NCBI GenBank assembly: GCA_013239625.1
Contig: MU054049.1
Span: 2,049,892-2,113,891, forward strand
Direction: 5' to 3'
Origin: Lama guanicoe
Taxonomy: Eukaryota
Length of the DNA stretch: 64,000 nucleotides
In this document: positions 26,901-40,000 of the stretch, one piece after another
Layout: each line of letters begins with the position of its first letter
Position numbering within the stretch: position 1 is the stretch's first letter
Program-made: the position numbers and the translations under genes
Notes under the pieces: model-generated
Told to the model about the DNA's origin: nothing
Seen by the model: the letters and a program-made list of their open reading frames with translations, nothing else
Databases searched by the model: none

Positions 26901-29900
26901 TTAGTTTCCAGCTTCTCCCTTCTGTGCCGAAAAGCTCCCGTGACCTTGACTTTCCCTTGTATGACAGGGTGGTCAGCCCCTTGGCCACCTTGGCACTCCT
27001 TCCTCTTCTCCCCTCACATTTCAGCCAGTTTGTTCATGAAGTCACTCCCCTAAACCAGTTGTTGTTCAGTGGGCAGGTGACTCTCCCAGGACTCTTGTCA
27101 AATGCACATTCTGATTCAGCAGGTGTGAGGTGGGGCCTCGGACCCTACATTTCTAACAGGCTTCCTGGTGGGCAGAGATTGCTGGTCCCTGGGTCACGTT
27201 TGGAGGAGCAGAGGCTTGGGGTTGTGGGTGTTGTTCCAGAAAGGAAGGGTAGACCACTGAGGTGCACACAGCTTCCAGCAACCTGAGCAAAGGGCTCTTT
27301 CTCCTGAGTCAGAACTAGGTGGACGAGATGCCTCAAGAAGCAGGCTCTCTGGACTTGGTTCCTTTTCCAGCGGTAGGTATGGAAGTAAGGGTAGCAGCAG
27401 CAACGGAGGGAAAGGACAGCCTGGCAATTTTCGAAAGAGTGCAAACGGCGCATAATATGCCCACATTGAGGCCCACAGAAATGACAGTGAATAAAGGGAG
27501 TGGTGCTCTGCGTGGCATGGAAGGGCTGTCATTGGTGAGTATCGTTAACTGAGTGGGGGTCACAAGTGAGTGCGTGCCGCTTTCCTCGGCTGCTGCTGCT
27601 CTCCCAAGACATTCAAGAGTCAGCGCCCTCATTTCAGTGACACACACCTCCTTCAGTGCAGCAGTGCTTGTGGTAGCAAAAGGTTGGAACCCGCCCGGAT
27701 ATTCATCAGCAGGGTAAATTATGGTCCTTCCATTCAGTGGAATTCTGTGAGGCTGTTAAAAAAAAATAAGATCTATGTCTATTGATGTGGGAAGATGCCC
27801 TGAGTCCATTAAGTGAAAAAGAAAAATTGTTAAGACACACTGTTCAAATTATGCTATTATTTGTAGCCGTATTTGTGGGGTAATACGTTAGTACACCCTT
27901 TGAAGGAATTAGAAACACCAACACCAAACTGTTCCTCAGGGCGTTGTTTGGGTGAGCAGGTGGAATTCTGAGAGAGGTTTCAGTGTTTGCTTTTATATGC
28001 CTCTGTATAGTTTTACTTTTTTAAAAAAAAATGACATGTTTTTTGGGGGAGGGAATTTGATTGATTTAAACAGAGGTACTGGGGACTGAACCCAGGACCT
28101 TGTGTATTTTGAGCACTCACTCTACCACTGAGCTATGTCCTTCCTCCTTAGTTTGACTTTTTAAAAGCAAGAGCTAACCCTCACTTCTCAGATTCTGAGA
28201 GCGGCGCTCTCTAATGATCTTTCTTTCTATAGGTTTTTCTTTACCCTTTATGCTAGTCCAAACAACTGTAAGCACAAGGTGCTGCTGCTTAGGTAAAGGT
28301 GTAAGCCAGATGGTTCAACTGTCTGTCCTGTGTTTCATTTGAGTGGCTGTTGATTTCTTTGAAAGTTCCTAGTCCAGTTCACCTAATATTTCTTTGTAAC
28401 TAATCAAGAAATAACGCACTTTTTCTATTTATTCTTTGGGAGAGAAGTGTTTTTAACCTGTGAATTTTGTGGTTGGATTTTTGACCTTTGTGTCGTTTTC
28501 CACTGTGGTCTCTTTTTAAAGACAAAGTCAAATCCACTGCCAATATCTTTGATGACGAGGAAGGAGATCTGTTCAAAGAAAAAGCATCGGCTTTGCCAGA
28601 AGCCTCTGTGAATCAGACAGATGAAAATAAAGCAAGACCAGAGAAAAAGGTGAGCAGGAGGGAAGACTCAACCTAGGAGTGGAGATTCGGGGCATCTTGC
28701 TAGTTCACCTGGAACTCAGAGGGAAACAGTGTTTCCTTTCAAATGTATAGTGAACTTCAAGTGTACGGGAAGTTGAAAGGATACAGCAGACACCCAAATA
28801 ACTACCATCTAGATTCAGTAGTTCTTGGATTTAGCCTTTCTCAGTGGTTTTAACATCCATTGATCTTTGTCTAAACCAGACATCATGTTGGGGGCGGGGC
28901 TAAAGAATGTTTTCCTGTGTCTCATTTCGTCTATGTTTAGTAGTTGACATTCTTAACAGAAGACCTTTCTCTTCTGCTTTTTTGGTAGCAGTATGGGATC
29001 ATGGATTCTCTATTCAACATATTGCAATCCATTAACATCATTGTGTTTCTGATGTTCAAATTGACCTGTATTTGGCCAGTGGGCTGCATCCCTGTTAATT
29101 TTTAAGCTCTATTGGCCACTGTGCCTTCCCCTGCCGTTCTGCAGGGCTTGATCCAATCCTCTTTCTAAAGCATTTCTTGTGTCATGTCGTCCCTCTGAAA
29201 ACCTGACCTTCCCGTTGCCGACCGCTAGATGGCAGCACTCAGAACCTGCAGGCTCCTGGGCCGCCTGCGTTCCTATCTTGGTTCTGCTGTGCATGTCCCA
29301 TTCGTGCACTGTGTGAGGCAGACATTCTGTCCTGCTCTGACCCCCAAGATGTGCCCTTGGCTTTGTCTCGCTTTTCTCTTCTCACGCAGTTCCCTCCGCC
29401 TGGAATGCGCTTGCTTGGGCCGTCTCCTGTGTCCAGGTCTTGTCTGTCCTGAGAAGTTTACTTTATCAAGGAACTGTTTCTTCATTCTTTCCTAACGTGT
29501 CAACTTTTAAATTCATTCTCATGACACTTCTCTTTTTGCATTAATTCTTAATGTGGACCTGTTACACGTCCAAGGTCCCCTGGTGCCTGCCTGGCACCTT
29601 ATGCTAGCAGATGTTCAGTACATCTTGTGAATGAATGATTGAACAAACCCTCATTTCCAGGTATCTGGTTTGTTAACTCTCAATTTTTTTTTCCCTCACC
29701 AAAGGTTACCCTACCTTCGAGCAAAAATCTCAAGCTCTTGTCAGAAACAAAGACTCAGAAAGGTTTATTTTCGGACGAGGAGGACTCTGAGGTAAGGAAT
29801 TCTTTCTCTTAGTAAGTAAGTTCATGGATATGACATTGGAAACCACTTCTGAATCAGGATTTTCTCCGTAGAGGTGCAAGATTTCTTATTAAGCTTTTTA

Positions 29901-32900
29901 GTTCTTTCTTTGAAAATAATCTTTTGAGAACACATGGTCTTTAGAAAGCAATTACACGTACAATACTTCCACTGTTGGGACTGAATCCAGTGCATCTCCT
30001 GGAAGGAAAATACTCTTTCTTCAGGATGCTCCAACTTTAGGCTATTCATTGAGTCACAGTGCAGCGAGGTGCTTGCACCAAAGCAGAAATCAGCATACTG
30101 CTTCCTTTTTCAGTGGTCTCTCTAATAGTGGGCATAGTGGTGTAGTGATACGTATTCTGGCACAGCCTTTTATCTTGCGTGTGTGCTGGCACTGGTTTGC
30201 AAACAGCCCCAGTTTGTCATCCTTCCAGTGAAGCAGTGACAGGTGATTGCTCTCAGAAGTGTGACTGCTTTCTCTGACTCCCCCAGGCCTCCATCCTTTT
30301 AGAGCTAGTTTTAGATCATGCTTTTAACGGATCGGAAACCTATCTGAGAATGTGTAATGGGCGTAATCAATCCTCTTCACAGAAAAAGATGTGGACACGG
30401 CAGAAATTTACATGTAATTTCAAGTAATTGTGACACCTGTACATACCTTAATTAAAAATACTTTATTGCTAAAGAATGCCAAACATCATCTGAGCCTTCA
30501 ACAAGGCACGATCATTTTGTTGGTGGAGAGTTTAAAATATTGCAGGAGTTACCAGAATATGACAGAGAAGCAAAGTGAGCAGATGCTGTTGGAAAAATGG
30601 AGCTGATAGACTTGCTTGAGACAGAGTTGCCACAGGCTTTGAAGTGGTAGAAAAAAAACACACTATCTGTGAAGCACAATAAAATGAGGTATGTCTGAAC
30701 TGCTTTTCGTAACCTCGCCTCAGTAATCAGCATTGTCACTTCTGCCACGTTCTGTGGGTTGAGGCAGTCACGAGGGCCTGCCCAGGTTCAAGGGCAGGGG
30801 ACGCAAACTGCTCTGCTTGGTGGTAGGAGTGTAAGTGAAATTGCAGACAGGTTTCAAAACCACCAGCAGAGGCTTTGTTCCCTGTGCATCCTCATAGATT
30901 GTTTTTATTGGCTACTGTCCAGCTTTTTAAGCAAGGAGAGGTCCAACAATGCAGTCTAGGAAGAACTTTGGACCAAAAGGATTGATTATTCACTCCTGCC
31001 TTTATATCTCAGGTGTGAAGCTAAAGCTTGCCCTGTGAAATCATTCTGGGGACATGTTTAAGGTAATAGAAAAGCCTTTTTCCCTCAACACCAAGGAAGA
31101 TATTAGTCAAGAGTCTAAAACAATGATGTTGAAATTTGGTTTTGTTCTTTGTTTTGTTTTTTTTTTGTTTTTTTAAAGCTACAGAGCTGTTTCTTTAAGT
31201 GAATTCTTGCCAACGTGTTAAGTGCAGCAGAGGCGTGGGAAGCGTGGGGCTCCCCCGTGTGGCCTCTTCTACCTCAGCCGACCCATGGGACTCCTTGGGG
31301 CCCAGATGAAAACTGCTGGGCTAGTAGAGCGCTTCTTAGTTAATGAGCTCATTACCTCTGTATTTGAGTAGACGTTGATTCCATCATAAAAAAAATATAT
31401 CCAGAGAGGTCTTAGAAACTATGTTCTTGTCCCCCTTGTCTGGTTCTTGTGTACTGGAGTTTCTCTTCCCCAGGGAGGAGTTGTCCTGGGTCATGTTTCT
31501 AGTTCACACAGCTCAGTTGGCAGATCTTTCTTTGCATTATAGGCTGACATTTTATAGCATTTTGAAAATCTCTTCAGAATCTATCAGCTCTTTCTCTAGT
31601 TTGCAGCATCTGCTAGTTATAGTTCAAGTAGAATACCAAACATTTTAAGATCAAGATTGAATTTGTCTTCATTGAGAAGAAATCATGTCATACTTTTAGT
31701 AAGAGGTGAGAGGGGCCCCACTAAATAAAACAGATGTAGATCCAGTAATTTGGGAGCCTAGCCTCTCTTTTTATTATTAAATCTATATAATCTCTCTGAT
31801 TCTTTGGACAGGAAAAAGAAAGTTCTTTTTTTTTTGAAGCACGAGAGGAAATTGATTGGAAAATTTCCCCTTACCTTAAGTCATCCAGGTGGGGGTATCA
31901 AAGACCCTGGGCTCCAGTGAGGCCACCTGGACTCCCGTGTGGGTCTATTCCCTCTCACCTGCAGGCCTCCGTCCTGTGCACGGTGAGGACAGGCTCTAAT
32001 GCGTGTGTTCCTCGAGGGCTGTGACAGCCAGCTTTCCTTTCAGACAGAGGGACCTGGACGCAGTGGAGCCATCATGTCGATCTTTAATGTTTTACTTCTG
32101 ATCCTTTAAAAAACTGATATCTTTTGTTAACCAGGAACTTTACCCTTGATCCAACAGGATTTGTTTTCTTCTCAAAGTGCGACTAAGTCAAAAGATGCAT
32201 CTGTCCTGCCCGGCAAACTCCCTGCCTCAGTCTCGCTTTTTGATGACGAAGACGAAGAGGTAAGCACTGTTAACTGCAGTGCGAGACATTCCGGTTTTCC
32301 ATTAGCAGAAAACCGTTACTGACGTCACTTTGTAGCCAGAGGCTCACACAGTAGAACGTGATACTAGGGAAACAGTCAAGCCCCCTAAGGCTCATATAAC
32401 AAGAAAAGTCTGGTTTTTATTTCAGTGACCCCTTTCTTAAGTTCTCTTAGCTATACAATGGGCAGGACTTCAGATTTCTTGACCCAGCTCTGCACAAGGC
32501 TTTGTAGATTTCGTTAAAAACACAAATCTGCCTTTAAGAAGTACTTTTCAACCAATGATCTATAAGAATGTCTGGGGTAAAGTAGGAGTGGATGGAGGAA
32601 GGCAGCCATGTCCTCACCTTGCTTTTCTTTCCCGCCCTGGATGAGACAGCAGAGCCAGGGAGGGAAATGACAGGGACGACAAACCGAACCTTCGCTCTTA
32701 CCCAGTACTGTGCAGTGGCTGGACTCATGGCTTTGGCCTCCGACCCCTTGCGTTCGTGTCGTGGTTCCACCACGTGCAAATCAGGGGCCTTGGGCAAGTA
32801 ACAACCTTTCGGAGTCTCCTCTGGCTGAAGTTTGTCCCAGTCATTGCGACAGCTGAAACAGCTGGTGCCCCGCCCTTGGCACAGTGCCTGGTGCGGAGTG

Positions 32901-35900
32901 AGTGTGTAACAACGTTAGTGCTGTCACCGGTACCCTCAGCAAGTGCCGGTTCAAGATTCTCAAGGCCTTTCCCACCTGCCCGCACTTTCCTTAAAGGCTC
33001 TCTTCCTTGAATATCCACACTCAGGACTCGTCACCTGCTGTAGGTTATTGTTCAGGGTGTTCTTCTATCTAACTTGGGCTCAGGCCTTTTGATAGTTTTG
33101 TTCCCCTTTCCTAAATAAAAGTACCTTAGCAGGTACTGTTGGAATGCTTGACTATACAAAAATTTACAAATGCCATTGAACGAGTAAGAATCAGCTCTTA
33201 GGAGGCCAGTGACTTTATTTAGTAAATATTAAGTTTGTATTATCTCTTTAAAATTAACGGGAAACGCAAGACATTCCTTCCCTCTGTCCCAGGTGTGTGA
33301 CTTTCGTAGATGTAAAAGAGTGAAGAAACCTCCCTGTTTTTTCCCTTTTATCCATTGCTCTGGTTTCTGACTCATAGAAAGTTGCAGGTTTCTGGTTGCA
33401 GTGGGGGCTGTCCTGCTCTCATGCCAATTGCAGGCTGCTGGCCCTCCCTAATGAGCATGGGGGGCCCTCTTGCAGGACACCCGGATGGAGCCGGGTTCCC
33501 TCCTGTTTCTGTGACCTGGTCCCCAAATTTCTCTCCCTCCTGCTCCCTCCCAGGTGTTCTGCCCTCAAATTCTGTGATGTCTGTTTCCCTTCTGTGGATG
33601 AATACAGTTAGAGAAGATTGTGGACTGTTGTTACAGGGTTATATATAAGAGAGAAGTGAGATTTCCTGGCATTGTCATTTTTTTTTCTTCAAAAGGTGTT
33701 GTATATATTCTGTCCCTGATTAGAGTCTCATTCCCTAACCTTTCACATGAGAGAATGTCTGAAGTTTTTGTGCTGTGTGTACGAAGTTGTCATACTCAGC
33801 TGCTGCTTGTTCTTCTAGGACAATCTTTTTGGGGCTACAGCTGCTAAGAAGCAGACCTCATCTCTACCAACTCAGAGCCAAGAGAAAGCAAAACCCTCTG
33901 AGCCTTCCAAAAAGAAGGCGTCTGCCTTATTGTTCAGCAGTGACGAGGAGGTGGGTTAAAAGCCCCTAGGGAAGAGTAGGAGATGTTTTGATGGATTTAA
34001 GAGTTGGGGCTGGCCTAAACGCTTCCTTTTTCTACCTAGTTTCGATCTAGTCAAGTTCAGTTGCCAAAGACTATGTTCGCAAGACTCTTTCTATCCTTAA
34101 AAAAAGAGATGCTTAGTGTAGTATATTATCTTAAAGATTAATAGTCTTTTCAGAATGATTTGGAATTAAATAAATATGGCCCTCAAATTATAATGTTTGC
34201 TAACTCAAATGAGTTAGGCCTTACTTTACCTAGTTAAATGATCACTGTGTTTTATTGTTAAGAACTACAGCTGACGTAGAAGGAGTATTTTCTGCTGGTT
34301 TAACTCCTTTTCTGTAAGTCCTAACAGTGTTTCCATTTACTATCTAGGTACGTATTAGTGAAGTCAGTCTTGAATACAGCTTAGCTGCTGTTCAGATTTG
34401 TTTTTTATATTTTATTTATTTATTATTGTGTCATTTTATTTTATTTTAAATTGGTGTGGGGAGGTTCTAGGTTTTATTTTATTTTTGGAGGAGGTACTGG
34501 GGATTGAACATAGGACCTCAAGCATCCTAAACATGCACTCTACTACTTGAGCTATACCCTCCCCCTCTTTCAGGTTTAAGTGTACAGAATAACACTTTAA
34601 ATATAATATTGAAGCCATGAGCATAAAAAAATCTTCCCATATTATAATTACTCTTCTTCATTTTAACATTGTAGGAAGTTATGAGGGCATGACGTGGATA
34701 GATAAGTCATACCTGGGTTCAGTTATTTTTGTGTGTTCAGTTTTTTTTTTATTGAAAGCAATTTAAAATGACACAACGTAACTTGCTTTTTCTACTCACA
34801 GATGAATTTCTGATGGGTTTTTCCTCTTTTTGTTCCTTCCTAATACTGTTAGTGGTTTTTATCCCTGTGGGCAATGGCCAGCCATCAGTAGGAATTTTTC
34901 CTGTTACAGTGTTGTCATGGTTCAGGGGAAGTAAAAATATTAGCTGAAGCTGGGGCAGCAGCACGTGCAGAGTGAATAATAACCAGAATTCCAGAACAGT
35001 GACTCAACGTTGGCTGCTGGTTGACATCAGTTGCAGAACTGTAAAGAGGACTGATAGCGGATTCCCCGCTGGTGCTTCTGAATTCATTGGTTTGGGGTGT
35101 GGGCTGTCGGGAATTTTTTTCTAAAGCTCTTTTGGGGATTCCAGTGTGTGGTGGCTGGTGGGTGTCACGGCCCTTAGGAGAGCTCTTCTCAGGTCAGGAC
35201 GTGTGAAGAAATCACTTGGGCATCACGAATGCAGGTTCTGGTTCAGACAGTCTGGGGTGGACCCTGAGATTGTGTAACTAAGGCTGCTGTCTGTGGAGCC
35301 CACTTTGATTTGCAGAGTTCTATACCCCAGAGACCACAGGCCCGCTTGAGCACGTGCTCAGGAACTCCTCGATTTGAAGGGGTGAGCATAGCCAGATGGG
35401 GTTTCCTTAAATGCTTCCTAAAGGCCAGATTCAGAATTTTGTAGTAAAAGGATCAGTGGCAGCTTTTATGTGTCTTGTTTGCACATACATCACATAAGCA
35501 TTTTATACATTTTTTTTCCCCCAGCCTGCTTTGGGATTTTTAAATATTATCTCCAAAGTTGAACATTCTTGACTTTTTTTTTTTCAATCTGCCTCTCCGC
35601 CTCATCCCCCTCTATAATTAATTTTGATCTCTTAAGTAGAGACGTTCCTTTGTCCACACAGGTCAGGAGTGTAGACAGGAGAAACACTGGCTGATAGTGA
35701 GGGAGGAAAACGTGGGAATGTCTGAGGTCAAGAGCCCAACTGTCTAGATTTGAGTTCAAAGACGAGTCTTGGACGTGAGCTTTGTCTAAAAGTGAAATAC
35801 AGCTTAGTTTAACGAATGTGACTTATTTTACTTCTTAGGTTTCTTTATCTAAGTTGCCACTGGATTTTAACATATATTTTATATTTTAAGGACCAGTGGA

Positions 35901-37012
35901 ATATTACCAATTCACAGAGCAACTCAGCGTCTGACAAGCCTAAAGGAGAACTTCGGGACTCTGGGGCCACCCAGGACCAGAAGGTCAAAGCTGTGAAAAA
36001 GACCAGCCTCTTTGAGGAGGACGACGATGACGACGATCTGTTTGCTATTGCGAAGGACAGGTGAGACAGCCATCGTAAGAAATCATTTCATCAGCCTCTG
36101 TGCTGACAGGTGAAGGTGGTTTGCTGGGCACAGTGTCATTTGCTGGGGGTGACATGCTGATCATTCATCACCTGATAATCATGCAAATGAGACGGTCTTT
36201 GATTTTTACTTGCAAGGTATTCTCTCCTGGTACTGGAAATTTTTTTTATTATTATTTTAATTAAAAATTTTTTTTCCATTTTTTATTGAATTATAGTCAG
36301 TTTACAATGTTGTGTCAGCCCCTGGTGTACAGCACAAGTTCCTCAGCCATACACGAACATGCATATATTCACTCTCATATTTTTTTTCCCCATGAGCTAC
36401 TACAAGGTACTGAATATACTTCCCTGCACTATACAGTATAAACTTGTTTATCTATTTTATATATACCAGTCAGTATCTGCAAATCTCTAACTCCCAGTTT
36501 ATCCCTTCCCACCTCCCTACCTGGAAATGTTTTTCATCATGAGTTCTTACCTAATTTATTCTTCTTATATATATATATATTTTAACTTTAAAATATTATT
36601 TTTCTTAGTTTGTTAGAGGTTTAAGTAGTTTGCTATCTCTTTTGTCCCCCCCCCCCAGATACACGAAAGAATGTAAAGTTTAGTCGAAGTTACTTAGTTT
36701 GTTGTTTGGGGAGAAATCTGTGCAGCATAGAAAACACATCCAGTTAGGGAGATGGTCGTCTGCAGAGCTGTGCTGTGTCATACCAGTTGCTGGTAATCCC
36801 CAGCTGATTCTAGGTGTTCCTGCACATCGATACTTGGACTGAAGCCGGCAGTTTCTGTAGAGGGAGCATGGGCTGTTGTTGATACTGTAAAAAATTTTTT
36901 TTAAAAAGTGCATGATACTTCTGTCAACCTAAAGTGAAAACCCACACCTGTTCACAGTCACTGCAAATTCTAACATGCATGTCACTTTAGCGTTTAGAAT
37001 AATGCCCTTGTG

Positions 37013-37043
<31 letters not shown>

Positions 37044-40000
37044 GAGATTCTTAAAATTATTACTTTGAAATTTAACTGAATGGTAGTAGCCTAAAAAGGC
37101 AATTGATTGGACCTGTAAACTCTCTGCATTGGTGTAGTTGAGCTTTAATTTTGATTTAATAGATTCAGAAGTATCTGTTTCTGTCTCTGAATATTGTGAT
37201 CTCTTCAGACGTCATCATTGCTACTTTAGGCCCTTGACTTCACCCCTGGATGTATCTTGGGCCTCTGGTCAAGACTGCAGGATCTGGAATCCCAATACCT
37301 GATAATAAATTCTGGTCCTGCCAGTCACTCTTTGAATAGCCTTGGACAAGTTATGTAACCTCTCTGGGTCTGAGTTTTCTCATCTGGTAAACAAAAATGA
37401 TAACAGTACTTTTCGCATAGGATCATTGAGAGGATTAAATGCAACCCAAATGTGAAAAGCTTAGCACAATAGCTAGTACCTTATAAACACCTAAATGTCA
37501 TTTATTATCGTTCATGTAGGGGAATTAACATTTCATTCCTTTATTATTATTATTGTTATTGTTGTTATTATTATTATTATTTTATTATTTTGCTCTCCTT
37601 CTTTCCTGGGACATTGTCCTTCCACTCTTGCCTGCCCAGCTTCTTTCAAGACTCAAATTAAGCCCTCTACTTTGAGAAGCCTTCCCTAACCCAGCAGATG
37701 AAGAAAATACAGTCAGAGTGTAGAGCAGAAATAACTCTGTCTTTAATTTCCACCCCCCTGCTCCCTCCCCATGGCTCTACTGCACTTGAGCATTTTCTAC
37801 ATGGTATAGAAGTTACCTGTTTCCCCGTGCACCTGCTCCCTTTGCCCCCTACCACACGTGTGATCACAGGTTTAGAGATCAGGAAACATGTTTCATTTGT
37901 AGGTCCCAGGACCAGCTGTACCCAGTACCTAGCTTTCAGGAGTGCTCTCTCTGCTCCAGGCTTGTTCCCTCTAGTAATTTCTGAAGTAGTCTGTAAAATT
38001 TTATGTATGGGCATTTTTCAGAGGAAATAATTCATAGCTTTCATCAGATTCTCAAAAAGTGCTTTTATAGACAGTAGTACATGTAAGAGAGGATGTGGAG
38101 GAATTGGTGCCCTCATACACTGCTGGTGGCAGTGTGAAGTGGTGCAGCCACTTGGGAGCACAGTCTAGCCGTCCGAGAAAAAGTTAAACATGGAGATATC
38201 ATATGATTCAATTTCAGTTTTAGGTACACGTGTAAGAGAAACAAAAACACATCCACTCAAAAGCTTGTATGTGAATGTTTCTCACAGTGTTACTCATAAT
38301 AGCCCAAAAATGGAAATAACCCAAAAGTCCCGCCAGCTGAAGGAGGCACAAAATGTGCCATAGACATACTGTGGACTCTTACTCAGCCGTAAGAAGGAAT
38401 AAAGTTCTGATGATAACATGCTGCAGTATAGATGGACCCTGAAACGTTTGTGTTGATTGAAAGAAGCCAGTCACAGAAGACCACGTGTTATGATTCCATT
38501 GGTGTGTAATGTCTGGAGGAGATAAATCCACAGAGACAGAAACTAGATGCGTGCTTGCCTGGGGTGGAGGGGAAGGGAGAATTTGCAGGGACTGTGAACA
38601 GGTGTGTGCTTTCACTTTAGGTGGACAGGAATGCCCTACACTTGATTATGGTGATCGTTGCACAACCCTGTGAATATGCTGAAAACCACTGAATTGTACA
38701 CTATGAAAGGGTAAATCTTGTGGTAGGCAAATTATAACTCAAAACCCATTCTGAAAAAAAGGAACAGAAGCTCTGTGACCCGAACAAAGTGGTGAAGCAG
38801 TGCCTTGTAAGCAGGGCCCAGAAACAGCCTAGCTCACCTGGACAGACCTGCTTTATGCTGTTTTTTCAGCGTGATGATTATTAATTCTCCCTCTCACTCT
38901 CAGAAGTGTCCTGGTTTAGGCCAGAAACTCAATGGTTATTGTAATGTTTTTTGACATCTGTACCTTTTTAATGGATCAAAATATTTACCCCATTATTTAT
39001 AATGAGAAATAACCCCACTCACTGAGCTGCATGTTTTTCTGCTGAGGCCAGATCTCCACAGGAGGCCCATTTTAACCTGAGGTTGCCGAGGGTGTGGAAT
39101 GAGGTCCAAGGTTAAGGACTCCCCGTCATTAACTGTCATAACTGTGTCCAGAGAGCTAACTGGCTTTTCTCGAGCTTATAACTTCAGAATCTGGCATCAG
39201 ATTTTTTTTTCTTATTTTTCTTATTTTTTTTTTTGATGCATTGGTTGGTTTTAGTTTTGTTTTTTAGAAATAGTTCCGAAAATTATGCATAAGATTTTCT
39301 TCTGCTATAACTGCTTAATAAGGTTTTTGTTTCTTTTGGCATCTGATGTAGTGATTTTTGGAATATTTTGTGATCATTTATCCCCTAGTAGTCATGTATT
39401 TTGCTTATAACTTGGGTAAATTTTTATCAGTATATATCGCCTTAAAGGCATATTAGATAATACCTTACTATGTCATTACAAATTGGCTCTTTGCTTTTAT
39501 AATTTCTTGAGGGTATAGACTTAATTTTTAGCTGTCCTTCAGTGTAAATATCCAGTGTAAGTATGTTCAACTGTTTGGTTGGTTGTGGTCCCTAGTCAGT
39601 GACCCTTAGATATTTTTAAGATGTAGGCAGACATTCAATGTTAGACTAGTGGCTACCCTTATATTATGACTTGTTAACACTTAAACTTAGAAAAAAATCA
39701 TGATGTATATATTTACTGGTATATATGCTAATTAATGTTTACTGTAAGTAGATGGATATGGTAAGCAAAATACTGAAATGACTGACTAGTATTATGCTGT
39801 TACCCCACGTCTGATGCTAGGCCTCCCTGTGTTTCTCCACTTTTATGATTCTGTTCCTTACAAGGTCTTAGTTAGTATTTGTCGTGGCAGATGTTAATTG
39901 ACTTCTCCGTACGGGCCAGTGTGGAATCCTAAGAGCAGAGGTAGGTGAGGACAGGCTGGAGGAAGGTGGTGGGGGGAGCTGGGGCTAGATTTCAGCTGTG

